Shown here: positions 9,470-19,480 of the stretch, piece after piece
How the letters are laid out: each line of letters starts with the position of its first letter
How positions within the stretch are numbered: position 1 is the first letter of the stretch
Source of the DNA: a virus
Taxonomy: Duplodnaviria > Caudoviricetes
Direction: 5' to 3' (one strand)
Virus record (IMG/VR): IMGVR_UViG_3300009095_000015
Coordinates: 1 to 64,000 of that record
DNA length: 64,000 nucleotides
Position numbers and translations under genes: made by a program
Notes under the pieces: generated by a model
Seen by the model: only the letters and a program-made list of their open reading frames with translations
What the model was told of the DNA's origin: nothing
The model's database searches: none

Positions 9470-10039
9470 TCAAACACGCGGCAAGGTTACGCCCGTTTGG
9501 CCCATGTATTTCCCGCCACGATCTGCGTACGAAACTTCGCAAGCCTCATCCGATTGCATGAATAAGAATTGCGCAACGCCCTCGTTTGCGTAAATCTTCG
9601 CGGGCAGCGGAGTAGTATTGGAAAACTCCAGAACTACGTGCCCTTCCCACTCAGGTTCCAGCGGTGTCACGTTGACAATAATGCCACAACGCGCATACGT
9701 GCTCTTGCCCAAACAAATGGTCAAAACGTCGCGAGGGATGCGGAAGTATTCGACGGTACGTGCCAGCGCAAAAGAGTTGGGAGGGATGATGCAAACAGGC
9801 CCCTTAACATCGACAAAGCAGTGCTCGCTAAACTCTTTCGGGTCAACGATTGCATTGTTGATGTTAGTGAATACTTTGAACTCATCGGCACAGCGCACGT
9901 CATAACCGTAACTGGAAAGTCCGTAGCTGATTCGAGGCCCTTCGCTACTTTGGCGAACAAGGCCCCCGATGAACGGTTCTATCATCGGGTTCGGACGCAT
10001 ACACTGCGAAAGAATCCAGCGGTCGCTCTTAATTGTCAC
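9470..10039 (-). CDS. dcd: dCTP deaminase
   Basis: [40 protein letters not shown] motifs of proteobacterial Dcd. Confidence 0.95.
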   Translation of the reverse strand: MTIKSDRWILSQCMRPNPMIEPFIGGLVRQSSEGPRISYGLSSYGYDVRCADEFKVFTNINNAIVDPKEFSEHCFVDVKGPVCIIPPNSFALARTVEYFRIPRDVLTICLGKSTYARCGIIVNVTPLEPEWEGHVVLEFSNTTPLPAKIYANEGVAQFLFMQSDEACEVSYADRGGKYMGQTGVTLPRV

Positions 10040-10241
10040 TGCTGTTACCCCCTGCTTTCATTCGCGCAACTTGGGTCCGTGTTACAGGCACATGCTTTTT
10101 CACAAGCGCCCCGATAAGCGCGTGTGCGCGCTTCAGATCATCAATGGAACGCGTGTTGTTCCAATCGATAATGGCATTGATGGCGTTGCCTTCAGCGTAG
10201 CCGACGCCTTCGCCAATCAGAAACTCTTCCACTTTATTCAT
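10029..10241 (-). CDS. DUF3310-like small protein (T7 gp1.7-type nucleotide kinase family, tentative)
   Basis: YAEGNAI....DDLKRA resembles the GN.IKY...EDL.KA signature. Confidence 0.45.
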   Translation of the reverse strand: MNKVEEFLIGEGVGYAEGNAINAIIDWNNTRSIDDLKRAHALIGALVKKHVPVTRTQVARMKAGGNSSDN

Positions 10242-10276
10242 GCTGGATACCTCGTTTGGTTATACACGGTTATGGT

Positions 10277-10822
10277 TTACAGTTCTGCCGGATACGGCCA
10301 ATTGTTGCGGTCGGAAAGCACTGCCCCGGAAAGCGTGGCAACAACGCTACCAACCAACTGATGCTCCCGTAGAATGATGTATTCCTGCTCACGTCTCACA
10401 CGAGCTAAGACGTTTTGCCGCCACATGCCTTTATGCCCGCGCACCACAGCGTCAGAAATCATTTCCGGCGTAGCTATCACGGACCCTTCTACGCAATACG
10501 TAATAAAGTCGGGGTAGCCTTTATGCTTATGCCTTTCCATATCGTGGTAATAACTGATAGCAGCGTGCTGTGAAGCCGGAATGCACGCAGAGGCACTTAC
10601 AATACGCCGGGTGTTAGGAGCATCCAGTGACGACACTACGTCATGGAGCGTTACTGAAGAAAACGCAGGATCGAACGCTACAGTTCGGAAAACTTTTCTC
10701 CGCTCTAGGGCAGGTAGATTTTCCAGCATAAAATCTATAGAGACTTCCGACAATTCCTCGCCTTCAATATAGGCAAGGATATAGTTGTCTATCTTTTGAG
10801 TTAGTTCCACTTTAAGCTCCAC
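10277..10822 (-). CDS. Hypothetical protein
   Basis: 181 aa ORF co-oriented with its neighbours. Confidence 0.55.
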   Translation of the reverse strand: MELKVELTQKIDNYILAYIEGEELSEVSIDFMLENLPALERRKVFRTVAFDPAFSSVTLHDVVSSLDAPNTRRIVSASACIPASQHAAISYYHDMERHKHKGYPDFITYCVEGSVIATPEMISDAVVRGHKGMWRQNVLARVRREQEYIILREHQLVGSVVATLSGAVLSDRNNWPYPAEL

Positions 10823-10863
10823 TCTTTCTGGATAACCTTCACAGAAATAAAATCAAGGTAAGG

Positions 10864-11334
10864 TCACAGAACACTTTTAATGAAAACCTGTTCTGGATAG
10901 AGTGCGATATACATATCTATACGGCCGTCGAACTCCAGTACGGCTATACCGTCGTAGCCCTGTTCCAAAAGTGCAGACCGGATTTCAGCATAAAATTTAG
11001 TTTCTACCGCCCGGATATTTTCAGGTTCAGGATTCTCTCCTGATTGTATCAATTTTCGGCACTTTTGGTTTATATCGTACAACTCGGTGACTGTAATACT
11101 GAAAATGTTTTTAAATTCCACTTCACATTCAAGACACTTCGTACCGAATCTGCATGCTACTGATTTTTCGACGGCCAGCCAAATGCCTAGATGCCCATTA
11201 GCAGCATGTTCCGAACTAACGGCGAATTCTAGACTAAAGGAATTAAATGATGCCGATGTTCCGTGGTATAGACTCACAGACTTTTCTATGTAGGCTAAGG
11301 TATGGCTGTCGTTTTTCGGAGGTTGCTCTTTCAC
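10864..11334 (-). CDS. ART-PolyVal-like ADP-ribosyltransferase-fold protein
   Basis: LYHGT...F..F, G.GIWL, GYDGI, YIAL.PEQ pattern shared with 41054-41722. Confidence 0.65.
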   Translation of the reverse strand: MKEQPPKNDSHTLAYIEKSVSLYHGTSASFNSFSLEFAVSSEHAANGHLGIWLAVEKSVACRFGTKCLECEVEFKNIFSITVTELYDINQKCRKLIQSGENPEPENIRAVETKFYAEIRSALLEQGYDGIAVLEFDGRIDMYIALYPEQVFIKSVL

Positions 11335-11849
11335 AAGCCCTGCTCCGCGTGGTATTTCTTAATGGTGTCCTGCAACTGTTCGAGAAAAACACAGCGCTGG
11401 CGGTAAAGTTCCGCCATCCGCGCAGCCGTGTTATCGCCTTTTTTGGCAGCGTCATCCCACCCAACATAGCTGTTCATAAGGTAATCCATGTCATCCGACA
11501 AAGAAAGCCCACCAATTTCAGCGTAGCGCCTTTCAAGGTGCGCGTTGCGGCCGTTTTCGAAATAATCCGGGCACCCTTTGTAACCATGTTCAACAGCCAA
11601 GTTAAAGATGGGGGAAGGGATGATGTGCAGGTCTTCGACTTGCTCTATCCTGATGTTCCAGAGCAATCCGTCATAACCGAACGGGTGGCCGTGGCACAGC
11701 ACGATTTCGACTTTACCGTTTTCGTCACTGCGCTCATAGAGAGCTTTCAAAACGAAAGCTGAGCCTGCCTTATAAAAGCAGCTCCCATGGCTGAGGCGTT
11801 CCTTAGTGCGAACCAACCTATCAACTTCGACCTTCGTAATGCCGGACAT
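11331..11849 (-). CDS. Hypothetical protein
   Basis: 172 aa ORF with GGAGA RBS. Confidence 0.6.
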   Translation of the reverse strand: MSGITKVEVDRLVRTKERLSHGSCFYKAGSAFVLKALYERSDENGKVEIVLCHGHPFGYDGLLWNIRIEQVEDLHIIPSPIFNLAVEHGYKGCPDYFENGRNAHLERRYAEIGGLSLSDDMDYLMNSYVGWDDAAKKGDNTAARMAELYRQRCVFLEQLQDTIKKYHAEQGL

Positions 11850-11890
11850 ATAAAGTCTCCTTCCCTAAACGATGTGCCTTTACAGAAACG

Positions 11891-11925
11891 AAAAAGCCGG
11901 GCCAATCTTGCGACTGAACCCGGCT
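11891..11925 (-). terminator. Rho-independent terminator ending the tail/baseplate operon
   Basis: AGCCGGG/CCCGGCT stem plus T5. Confidence 0.7.
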
Positions 11926-11929
11926 GTAT

Positions 11930-12124
11930 TCAAACGGTGCGAACCGTCAAAAGCTCAAAAGCGGACAATGCGCCAATCATTCCAACATCGTTGCATTTGA
12001 CGCACGTTACTTCTTCAGCATGCTCAATCTCGACATGCTTTACAGTATAGGCGTATGCCGCCTGCTCAACGTCAAATGGATTGCCGCCGTTGTCCAAGTA
12101 AATCTCAATCATAACACGCGCCAT
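11930..12124 (-). CDS. Hypothetical small protein
   Basis: 64 aa ORF between the hub gene and the terminator. Confidence 0.5.
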   Translation of the reverse strand: MARVMIEIYLDNGGNPFDVEQAAYAYTVKHVEIEHAEEVTCVKCNDVGMIGALSAFELLTVRTV

Positions 12125-13442
12125 TCAATTCACAATCTGAGGCATTGGCGTTCCTGCCACCACGTACTGCTGCCATTGCCAAACCATTTACAGAATTCCC
12201 AGCACCGCCTGCCCCTCTACCGGAAGCACCCGTGCCACTTGTGCTTCCGCCTGCACCAGATTCGACAGAACTGCTTGCAGACGGATCGGTATACGGCGCT
12301 TTGTTTACGAACATGCGATACATGTAAAACACTTCGCTGTAATATGATCCGCCTTTGATGATGTACGTCTTGCCGCCGACAAGATATTTCCCGTTTGCAT
12401 CCTTCGTCTCTTCAGCCGATTGTGTATTAGGGTCTTGCTGCCGGAACGATGTACATGTGAAGGTTTCTATGTCAGTGTAGTCGTCAACCAGCGCGACCAA
12501 ACGCTCACTGAACAAACCTAAGAAACGAGAATTCTGATAAAAAGCTTTCTCGTACTTATCGTGAACGTTGCCACTGTCGATACCCGTATAAAGAACCTTT
12601 TCGCCGCCGCGAATTTCGCGCCGTACAGCTTCGTTTACGGGGAGACCTTCACCCATGATAGGAACTTGAAGCTCGCTCAAGGTTTCGAGCGCACCGTCGA
12701 GTTTGAATGTGTGCGCTTCCATGCCGTTGTTTCCTAGGTGGCTGGAAATACCACTTGTGGAAATATCTTTTGCGTCGCGGACGGCGTAGGTTTTCTTACC
12801 ACCGTCTTTACCAGAGGCGTTAAACGTAAGCGTGTATTCAGGATCGGACGCGAGAACGTCAATCAGGTTTTTGTAACGTAGAACACCATCAGAAGTCACA
12901 ACCCGCGCCATACAACTAGAATCGTCTGAGATTCCGTGAAGTGCCATGTCTTCAGTGAACGAAATTCGCGTAGTGTTGAAATTCAACCAGACCTGAAAGT
13001 CATCGGTAGGGCGCGACGGGCCGTCGTATTCCAGACCGGAAGCTGCTGCAATTTCACCCATAACCGTAGAGGTCGGTCCTTCGTACGACTCAGCAAACGC
13101 GCCAGATGAAAATTTAGGTGCGTTGTAAAGTGCAACAAGCGAAATTTTATTTCGAATACCGCCGCGAGGCCGCCCCCACCCGAAAACCCGGAAGGATCGG
13201 ATGGGAGCCTCTTCCGCGTTTTTACCTAGCTGGATGTTGATGACAGAGCCAGTACCTAGATTCAGCGAACTAGAGAGGGTTCCAGAGTAATCATTAAGCT
13301 CCATTTTCAGCACAGGAAGACCCATGCTGAAACCCTCAAGAATCATGATGGTGTCGATAAGGTTGGCGGCCGAAGGCATTTCAGCACCTTCGATTTCAAT
13401 CGAGCAAAATACAGAACCTTCGATGTTCAATACTGCTTTCAT
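12105..13442 (-). CDS. Baseplate hub-like protein (T4 gp27/gpD-like, tentative)
   Basis: Size and position after the LysM/gp53-like gene; beta-rich; Gly/Ser-rich C-terminal tail. Confidence 0.55.
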   Translation of the reverse strand: MKAVLNIEGSVFCSIEIEGAEMPSAANLIDTIMILEGFSMGLPVLKMELNDYSGTLSSSLNLGTGSVINIQLGKNAEEAPIRSFRVFGWGRPRGGIRNKISLVALYNAPKFSSGAFAESYEGPTSTVMGEIAAASGLEYDGPSRPTDDFQVWLNFNTTRISFTEDMALHGISDDSSCMARVVTSDGVLRYKNLIDVLASDPEYTLTFNASGKDGGKKTYAVRDAKDISTSGISSHLGNNGMEAHTFKLDGALETLSELQVPIMGEGLPVNEAVRREIRGGEKVLYTGIDSGNVHDKYEKAFYQNSRFLGLFSERLVALVDDYTDIETFTCTSFRQQDPNTQSAEETKDANGKYLVGGKTYIIKGGSYYSEVFYMYRMFVNKAPYTDPSASSSVESGAGGSTSGTGASGRGAGGAGNSVNGLAMAAVRGGRNANASDCELNGACYD

Positions 13443-13449
13443 AGGAGCC

Positions 13450-13770
13450 TCAGATTGTGGTGAACCCTACGCGCTTTTTAGATTTTGTTTTAAGCAGCAG
13501 GTTATTTAGTTCGTTCGTATCGGGAACCTTGATACGTGTGCCTTGCGTAAAGTCCCAAAGGTCGTTCATACCGTTGTAAATCAGTAGGGCCGACCACCAG
13601 TCTTTACTACGCATCATGTTGAGTGCAGCCAGAGCTGGGTTCAAATGCTCCGCGCTTGTAACTACATGCCAGACGAAAGAGGATACGGCCAGAACAGAAT
13701 CGTGAAAATCACTCCGTAACGGGTCGATTCCGAATTCATCGATGGTTTCGTATTCAATCTGCTTAGGCAT
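13450..13770 (-). CDS. LysM-fold baseplate protein (T4 gp53/tail X-like)
   Basis: Pattern P.L.A...DWW...YN...D...G..I.VP; ATG 13770 coupled to the upstream TAA. Confidence 0.7.
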   Translation of the reverse strand: MPKQIEYETIDEFGIDPLRSDFHDSVLAVSSFVWHVVTSAEHLNPALAALNMMRSKDWWSALLIYNGMNDLWDFTQGTRIKVPDTNELNNLLLKTKSKKRVGFTTI

Positions 13771-14483
13771 TAAGAGCCTCCTAAACACGGGGCAAACAGT
13801 TTATCCAAGTCTTCCTTGGTAATCGTGTAGTAGGCTTCTATCTGCACGTTCACGTCTGCCGAAATAGGCGTACCATTAGCGTCAAATTGCGTGCTGAAGG
13901 TCGGCGCTACGTTGGTAATGATGCACGGCTCAAGACGTAAGAAATTGCCGATGTGCAACGTGATAAAGTCACCGCCCAAACTGGCAGCCTCGCTAATATC
14001 GCCAGACATTAGCGCCGAAGCGTTTAACACGCGTGGCCCCGGAGCAACCAGCAAGCCAGCAAGCTCGCTGGGAGCTGCCAGCTTCATCAGCTTTTTAATT
14101 GGTTCCGCCACTTCCTTTTTCGCATCCTGAAAAGCATAGAACACGAAAGGCATATCAAAGGTTAGTACGCAACCACCTTCCCAAATAGCAACACTCATGT
14201 ATTTCGATTGGGAAGTCATGCCCGTGGAAACGGCGGCAATCTTCTCAGCTGCGCCTGCTAACCCACCACCGCCGGCCAAAGAGGATAGCGGTGCATCTAG
14301 TGGACGCCCATAACGCGACGTAATGTTTACCTGAAAGTTTTCAGGCAACGGTGTGGAAATACTGAGGTACGGTTCGCCATCCCGCAGTACGTTCAAATCG
14401 CAACTATAAATAGGTGGGATTTGAGATTTTGTCCCGTTACCAACTACAATCGGAGCGGTTGCCCCCAAGGTTGCTTTAGGCAT
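13770..14483 (-). CDS. Tail tube initiator/baseplate cap (gp48/gp54-like)
   Basis: Tube-fold-like pattern F.M.F...; C-terminal CIITNVAP...G.PISADV.V; synteny. Confidence 0.55.
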   Translation of the reverse strand: MPKATLGATAPIVVGNGTKSQIPPIYSCDLNVLRDGEPYLSISTPLPENFQVNITSRYGRPLDAPLSSLAGGGGLAGAAEKIAAVSTGMTSQSKYMSVAIWEGGCVLTFDMPFVFYAFQDAKKEVAEPIKKLMKLAAPSELAGLLVAPGPRVLNASALMSGDISEAASLGGDFITLHIGNFLRLEPCIITNVAPTFSTQFDANGTPISADVNVQIEAYYTITKEDLDKLFAPCLGGS

Positions 14484-17173
14484 TAAACAAATCCTGAATT
14501 CAAGAACAATAGGCCATAGTCGTCAACCAGAGCCGGAATATCTGCGAGCGTCGGACGGCCAGCAGTTCCAGACCCTGCGTGTTGGGCGGGGGCTGCATTT
14601 GCCGCCACCTTCGGCGTTTCCGTAGAAACAGGAGGCTGATCAACTGCCATGACACGCTTAACCGACTCGTACGGTTGCCTCTCCACTTTTTCGGCGTACG
14701 TGCCGCTTGTGTCCGTATTAACAACAACTCTATTTGCACTAGCTTTCTGAGCTGTATTAATTGCGGGTTCTGACTTGTAGTAGTCAGCACTAGCCGGACT
14801 GTCAACACGATCAACCGTGGCTTTACTAGAAACTGGCGTTACAGCTACATTTGCAGGTTCCGCTTTTGGCGTCGTGACTGGTTTAACAACCGGAATATCC
14901 TTTTCAGGTTTGGGTACGTTAACTTCCGGGGCCTTCGGTTTGACGGCCGGCTCTGCATGCACCTCTGCTTTTTTCGGCTGTACGGGCGCAACAGGTTTCA
15001 CGACTTCAGTTGTTGCTTTGGGTGCCACAACAGCATCTTTGGCTTCGGGTTTGGTTACAGCTGCTTGCTTCTCGACCTGAGCGCCATTCTGCTTAACTTC
15101 AACAGCAGGCTTTACGACTTCGGGCGCTTTAGGCGAGGCCGGCTTAACAGTCTCTGCTTTTGGTGCAGGCGCTTTAACAGGCTCCGCTTTGGCAGGTTCT
15201 GTTTTAACGGGCTTCGCTTCCGGCACAACAGGTTTAGTTTCCACCGGTTTTTTCTTTTCAGGGACGCGCTGGAACTGAACCTCAGATATAGTGCCATCCG
15301 GGTTCATCTTAGACGCAACCATAATTTCGCCCGGCTGTGCGTACTGCCGTGCAACCTCAGAGCGTTTTGTAGCTTTCCACCGTGCCAAATCGCGCGTAGT
15401 AATTCCGTTTTCCCCGAGCTTTGGTGCCGTTTCCTGTTTCGAAACATCCAACTGTACTGTACGGATTACAGGTTCAGGTTCCTTCTCTTTGGCGCTCGGT
15501 TTGCTTGTTGGGGCGGGCACGGCTACGTCTTCCGCCTTCTCTTTAACTTTTTCTTTTTCAGGCGGCTTCGGTGGGAGTGTCTCGGTTGGGTTTACCGCCG
15601 GCAATTCCGGGGCCGCAGCAACGTCATTCTTTTTCTGTGCAACTTCAGGAGCTGCCGAAGCTTCTGGTTTTGCCGGATTTGCAGGTGCCGCAACTTCGGC
15701 CGCTGTTGTCGTATCGCCGACATTTTTAGCAACCGACGCACCTTCGTTTTCTAGCATTTTCATGTAGACGGCATGCTCGTCTGCCGCCCTGCGCGCCAGC
15801 TCTGCGCCCTCTGCCATAGAAAAGAAACCGGTTTTTGTTTCTGTCGTACGGCGAGACTGGATGCGGTTGATGATTTCCTTATCATCCATTTTATCAACAT
15901 CCCGATTGCCTAAAACATCTGCGATCAGTTGCTTACTGTCCTTAGCGCTGTATTGCGTTGCTACGCTGAAAAGCATTTCTCGCAGTGCACGGCTACGCCC
16001 TTCAACATCCACGTCGTATTGCTTACCAAACCATTCTGCAAGAGGCTTGTAATGAGTGGTGGCTACGAACTGTTGCTGAGCAGTCGCCAAAGCCTTGGCC
16101 TGCTGAGGGTCTTTTGTAAGCTCCGTGTATTTTTCGTTGAACTCGGGGCTGCCCGGCTGCGTACCTTGAAAATGGTTGTAAAAGGGCTGCCCTTGCTCAG
16201 AGCGCAGGAAATTAATCATACTACCGTCTTTGGAAGACAGCTTATGTTTCCCGTAGCTCGCTCCATCGCGTGCAGTCTTTCCGACATTAACTGTCGAAAC
16301 ATCACTGCCGTTTGCCGTGAAACCTGTAGCCACGGCGCCTAGGGATGAATCGTTCTGTGCGGCCTCAGAAACGGCGTTGACTTTTTCTGTATCTTTCTTG
16401 TAGCGTTCGAGATTGGCGCCAGTACCGCCGTCACCTAGCTTATCGCCAAGCCAATCTTTCGCAGACTGCCAGCCGCTTTCAACAGAGTTGGCGTCTTTCT
16501 TATCGTAAGTGTAGTTCTTGATTTTATGGCGAATCAGCAGGCCACCGCCGATCATAGCGAGCGGGATCGCTGCCTTTGCCAAACCCACACGTGCCACCAT
16601 GCCCGCGCCTTTGCGCAAAATGCCGCCGGCCGTGCGCTTCAGGAAACCACCTTTCTTTTTACCTCCCATAGAAAAGCCGTCGTCATCGCCGCCCCCGTTA
16701 AACAGGTTGCGAATGAGTTCGCCGCGCTTCTCTGGATTGTCATTCGTAGTGGGAACGCGTTGTACCTTATCGGTAATGTCGCGTTCCTGTATTTTCGGCT
16801 GAAGTTTGGTCCCTTGCTTGTAGAGAAAATCATACAAGCTTTCCATAGTGCCGCCCATTTCAACCAAAGCACTAGCCTGCTTTTGCATAAGGCTAGTTTG
16901 CTCATCAAGCTTTTCGCCGTGGCTGTGCAGCACACCGGTTTGCTCTTGCGTAGCTTGATACTGCTGAGTATTAACGTTCGTTACGTTGCTGACGTTGCTA
17001 ACGCTGTTGTCGCTGTTGTTTACAACACCGCCAGCATCCTTGCGCGGGCGGGCGTTGTGCGGCGCGTCTTTCAGGGCCACCAGACTACGCTTTTCTGGAA
17101 TAGCATCCTGCATAAGATCGGTATCTTGCGTACGCGTCTTTGCAAGGTCTGTCATTTTTTGAAGTAGGCTCAT
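14483..17173 (-). CDS. Tail/hub protein with VgrG3-C-like muramidase-fold domain and long Pro/Ala/Lys/Glu-rich linker (gp29/tape-measure position)
   Basis: DGASYGKHKLSSKDGSM..FL and SRALREMLFSVATQY resemble VgrG3 C-terminal hydrolases; low-complexity PAKE C-terminal half. Confidence 0.55.
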   Translation of the reverse strand: MSLLQKMTDLAKTRTQDTDLMQDAIPEKRSLVALKDAPHNARPRKDAGGVVNNSDNSVSNVSNVTNVNTQQYQATQEQTGVLHSHGEKLDEQTSLMQKQASALVEMGGTMESLYDFLYKQGTKLQPKIQERDITDKVQRVPTTNDNPEKRGELIRNLFNGGGDDDGFSMGGKKKGGFLKRTAGGILRKGAGMVARVGLAKAAIPLAMIGGGLLIRHKIKNYTYDKKDANSVESGWQSAKDWLGDKLGDGGTGANLERYKKDTEKVNAVSEAAQNDSSLGAVATGFTANGSDVSTVNVGKTARDGASYGKHKLSSKDGSMINFLRSEQGQPFYNHFQGTQPGSPEFNEKYTELTKDPQQAKALATAQQQFVATTHYKPLAEWFGKQYDVDVEGRSRALREMLFSVATQYSAKDSKQLIADVLGNRDVDKMDDKEIINRIQSRRTTETKTGFFSMAEGAELARRAADEHAVYMKMLENEGASVAKNVGDTTTAAEVAAPANPAKPEASAAPEVAQKKNDVAAAPELPAVNPTETLPPKPPEKEKVKEKAEDVAVPAPTSKPSAKEKEPEPVIRTVQLDVSKQETAPKLGENGITTRDLARWKATKRSEVARQYAQPGEIMVASKMNPDGTISEVQFQRVPEKKKPVETKPVVPEAKPVKTEPAKAEPVKAPAPKAETVKPASPKAPEVVKPAVEVKQNGAQVEKQAAVTKPEAKDAVVAPKATTEVVKPVAPVQPKKAEVHAEPAVKPKAPEVNVPKPEKDIPVVKPVTTPKAEPANVAVTPVSSKATVDRVDSPASADYYKSEPAINTAQKASANRVVVNTDTSGTYAEKVERQPYESVKRVMAVDQPPVSTETPKVAANAAPAQHAGSGTAGRPTLADIPALVDDYGLLFLNSGFV

Positions 17174-18126
17174 TTTAACCCTCTGCGCACCGAAGTCTGG
17201 TTGGCTTTAGCTTGCGCTTTTTGTTCCGCCTCGCGCCGATCCTGCACGAACGTAGCGTGGTGATAGAAGAACATTTTCGCAGGAAGCTTCAGATCGGGGG
17301 CGACGCCGAAGTGAGCAATCATGTTGTAATACATGTTGTAGATATCTTGCTCACTATTGCTGGCGAAGAAATGTAGCAGTCTCGGTTGAGCTTCATGCGG
17401 AGAAGTTCCGCCGCACTGGCCACATTTAAGTGTCATGCTTTCCGTGATGCCGTGATAGTAGCGCGTTTTTATATTTTCAATACGTTCAAGCAAGTCCATG
17501 TTGGGCTGCGCCATGAGAAACGCAAGCTTAGCCTTGAAGTCTTTGCCAGCTTTAACCCAACGAGCGAGCGCACCGACGTAACGCATGTGTGGATTTTCTT
17601 CGATGTACTCGTAGTAATCGGTCAAAGTAGCAACGCGAGGGAAATCAATATCCTTATCCTGAATTGTCAGATCGTCGTCATCCAGCATGTGGACTTTGAG
17701 AACGGTCTTCTTCACAATTTCAGTGTTTTCGCCGTTACAGGGGCCGAACACGTAGCCCTTTTTCGCACATTCTTCAGGCGGTAGGTCAAACTCGATGCCG
17801 TTATCTGGTTTCAACCATACCTTGTTTTTGCATGTGTATTTTGCTACAACAGGAAAATCAGGGAATGACGTTTTGCGCAGCCATGCCAGCAGATATTCGA
17901 AATCCCCATCAGTAAGCTGCCTTACCGGAATGGAGCAAGTCAGCTGCACGGCGCGGATAAGCTGATCGTAAGGGCGCACACGAGTACGCATGGCAGTATG
18001 TAGAAGATTCAGTTCTTCGACTACAAACTGCCTAACGTACATTTGCTTGAATTCGTACGGGGAAAATCCCGTAGGCAAGTCGCCAATGTCGATGTATCTG
18101 GAATCATTTTCATAATCGACTGCCAT
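17170..18126 (-). CDS. Baseplate hub assembly protein (T4 gp26/gp51-like)
   Basis: LPTGF.PY, LTDGDFEY...LR, FPRV, C-terminal CGQCG; paralogue of the next gene. Confidence 0.65.
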   Translation of the reverse strand: MAVDYENDSRYIDIGDLPTGFSPYEFKQMYVRQFVVEELNLLHTAMRTRVRPYDQLIRAVQLTCSIPVRQLTDGDFEYLLAWLRKTSFPDFPVVAKYTCKNKVWLKPDNGIEFDLPPEECAKKGYVFGPCNGENTEIVKKTVLKVHMLDDDDLTIQDKDIDFPRVATLTDYYEYIEENPHMRYVGALARWVKAGKDFKAKLAFLMAQPNMDLLERIENIKTRYYHGITESMTLKCGQCGGTSPHEAQPRLLHFFASNSEQDIYNMYYNMIAHFGVAPDLKLPAKMFFYHHATFVQDRREAEQKAQAKANQTSVRRGLK

Positions 18127-18135
18127 AAATCACCT

Positions 18136-18903
18136 TCAAGCAAAGAAAGACGCCGCATCGACCGAAATTTTCGCGTAATGTACTTGGCCACAACGCGGAC
18201 ATTCCTTGGCCACAGATTGTAGAACACCGTGAGTCAAATCGCGGGCCGCCACAGTAGCAAGGTCGAAAGTTTCCATGTCTTCGTTTTGGAAAACACGGTT
18301 AATCTTATCATCAATGGTTTCGCCGTCCCGCAGCCACGACGCTGCTGTAGCAAGCCATTTGGAGGAAGGATCGCCAAGGGCTTTAACGAAACTGTCGAGA
18401 GTTGAAGCGCGCGGGTAATCAAGGCGAGGGTCCAGCTTGTGCTCCGGCATAGCGTGAATTTTGAAGTCTTCAAATTCCACAGGCTCAGTGTTGTGAGCAC
18501 CGCACGCGACTACGCGAAGCATGATAGCGGCTGGATTTTCAATAACCGACTTATCCTCAGCGTTTTCGTATGCCTCTACCATCTGCGCGATATCAGCTTC
18601 CGTGTATTTCCGCCCATCATCACGCTCATACAGGATTCCGTCACATGTCCATTCGACCATATACGGAATATTACGTTGCTTAAACCGCAGGAAGGTGAGG
18701 ATGTAGTAAAAGTCACCGTAAGTAAGCTGCCCTGCATCAAAGTCGATCAGCTGATTTACGGCCCGCACAACAGGCTCCATCGATTCAAGAACAACAGATT
18801 CCGAAAATAGAGCCAGCTGGCGAGGATTCATTTTTTTGATATTGATTTCCTTAACTTGGTAAGGAATCATGCGGCTTGGTAGGTTGGTGGCGTTGAATTT
18901 CAT
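18136..18903 (-). CDS. Baseplate hub assembly protein (T4 gp26/gp51-like)
   Basis: LPSR..PY, LTYGDFYY...LR, YPRA, C-terminal CPRCG. Confidence 0.65.
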   Translation of the reverse strand: MKFNATNLPSRMIPYQVKEINIKKMNPRQLALFSESVVLESMEPVVRAVNQLIDFDAGQLTYGDFYYILTFLRFKQRNIPYMVEWTCDGILYERDDGRKYTEADIAQMVEAYENAEDKSVIENPAAIMLRVVACGAHNTEPVEFEDFKIHAMPEHKLDPRLDYPRASTLDSFVKALGDPSSKWLATAASWLRDGETIDDKINRVFQNEDMETFDLATVAARDLTHGVLQSVAKECPRCGQVHYAKISVDAASFFA

Positions 18904-19421
18904 ATAATTAGTCTCATTCCGTCAGTGGCAAAGTTCTGCTGAACCTTCAGCGCTTCGGCACCTGTGTTCGTCAAATCCCACGGACCCGACTGCACAGGCC
19001 AGCAGTTCAAAAGCGTGGCACGTGCGACAGGTTTTACGGCTTGATCTTTAGTGGGACCGCGCCCGCTGTACAGAGCAATCGAAATATCACGTTTGTACGC
19101 GGATGGTAATCCGTACGCACCCGTGTCCTGATTTCGAATGAGTGACAGCCAACCAGCAAGCCACTTACGAGTCCGTAGCGACACGTCTTCGTGGAACGTA
19201 ATGTCGAAGGCACTGATTTCTTGAAAACCTGCAAACTGCGCATAAATACCGGCACCGAAAACAGGTTTCATGTTTAGGGACGGGAATGGCAGGTTTATTG
19301 TTTCTACGTAATCCGCTTCGCCGCCAAACGGAAGCCCCATGCAGTACCACTGAAAATTGAACAGCGGCTCACGGTCTCCAGAACGGCGAACGATGAATTC
19401 GTCTAGTGTAAGTACACCCAC
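18900..19421 (-). CDS. Tail tube-like protein (gp19/gp54 paralogue)
   Basis: Alignable by eye to 19481-19990 (ITFHED..., W...I, Y...I.I..Y, L...WP). Confidence 0.7.
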   Translation of the reverse strand: MGVLTLDEFIVRRSGDREPLFNFQWYCMGLPFGGEADYVETINLPFPSLNMKPVFGAGIYAQFAGFQEISAFDITFHEDVSLRTRKWLAGWLSLIRNQDTGAYGLPSAYKRDISIALYSGRGPTKDQAVKPVARATLLNCWPVQSGPWDLTNTGAEALKVQQNFATDGMRLII

Positions 19422-19435
19422 ACGTACCTCCCAAT

Positions 19436-19478
19436 AAAATGGCCCAGCACCCTACAGTGAGAGTACCGGGCCATTTTT
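19436..19478 (-). terminator. Rho-independent terminator after the tail tube gene
   Basis: 13-bp stem GGCCCGGTACTCT/AGGGTGCTGGGCC that pairs fully (with G-U) only on the minus strand, then ATTTTATT. Confidence 0.8.
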
Positions 19479-19480
19479 AG

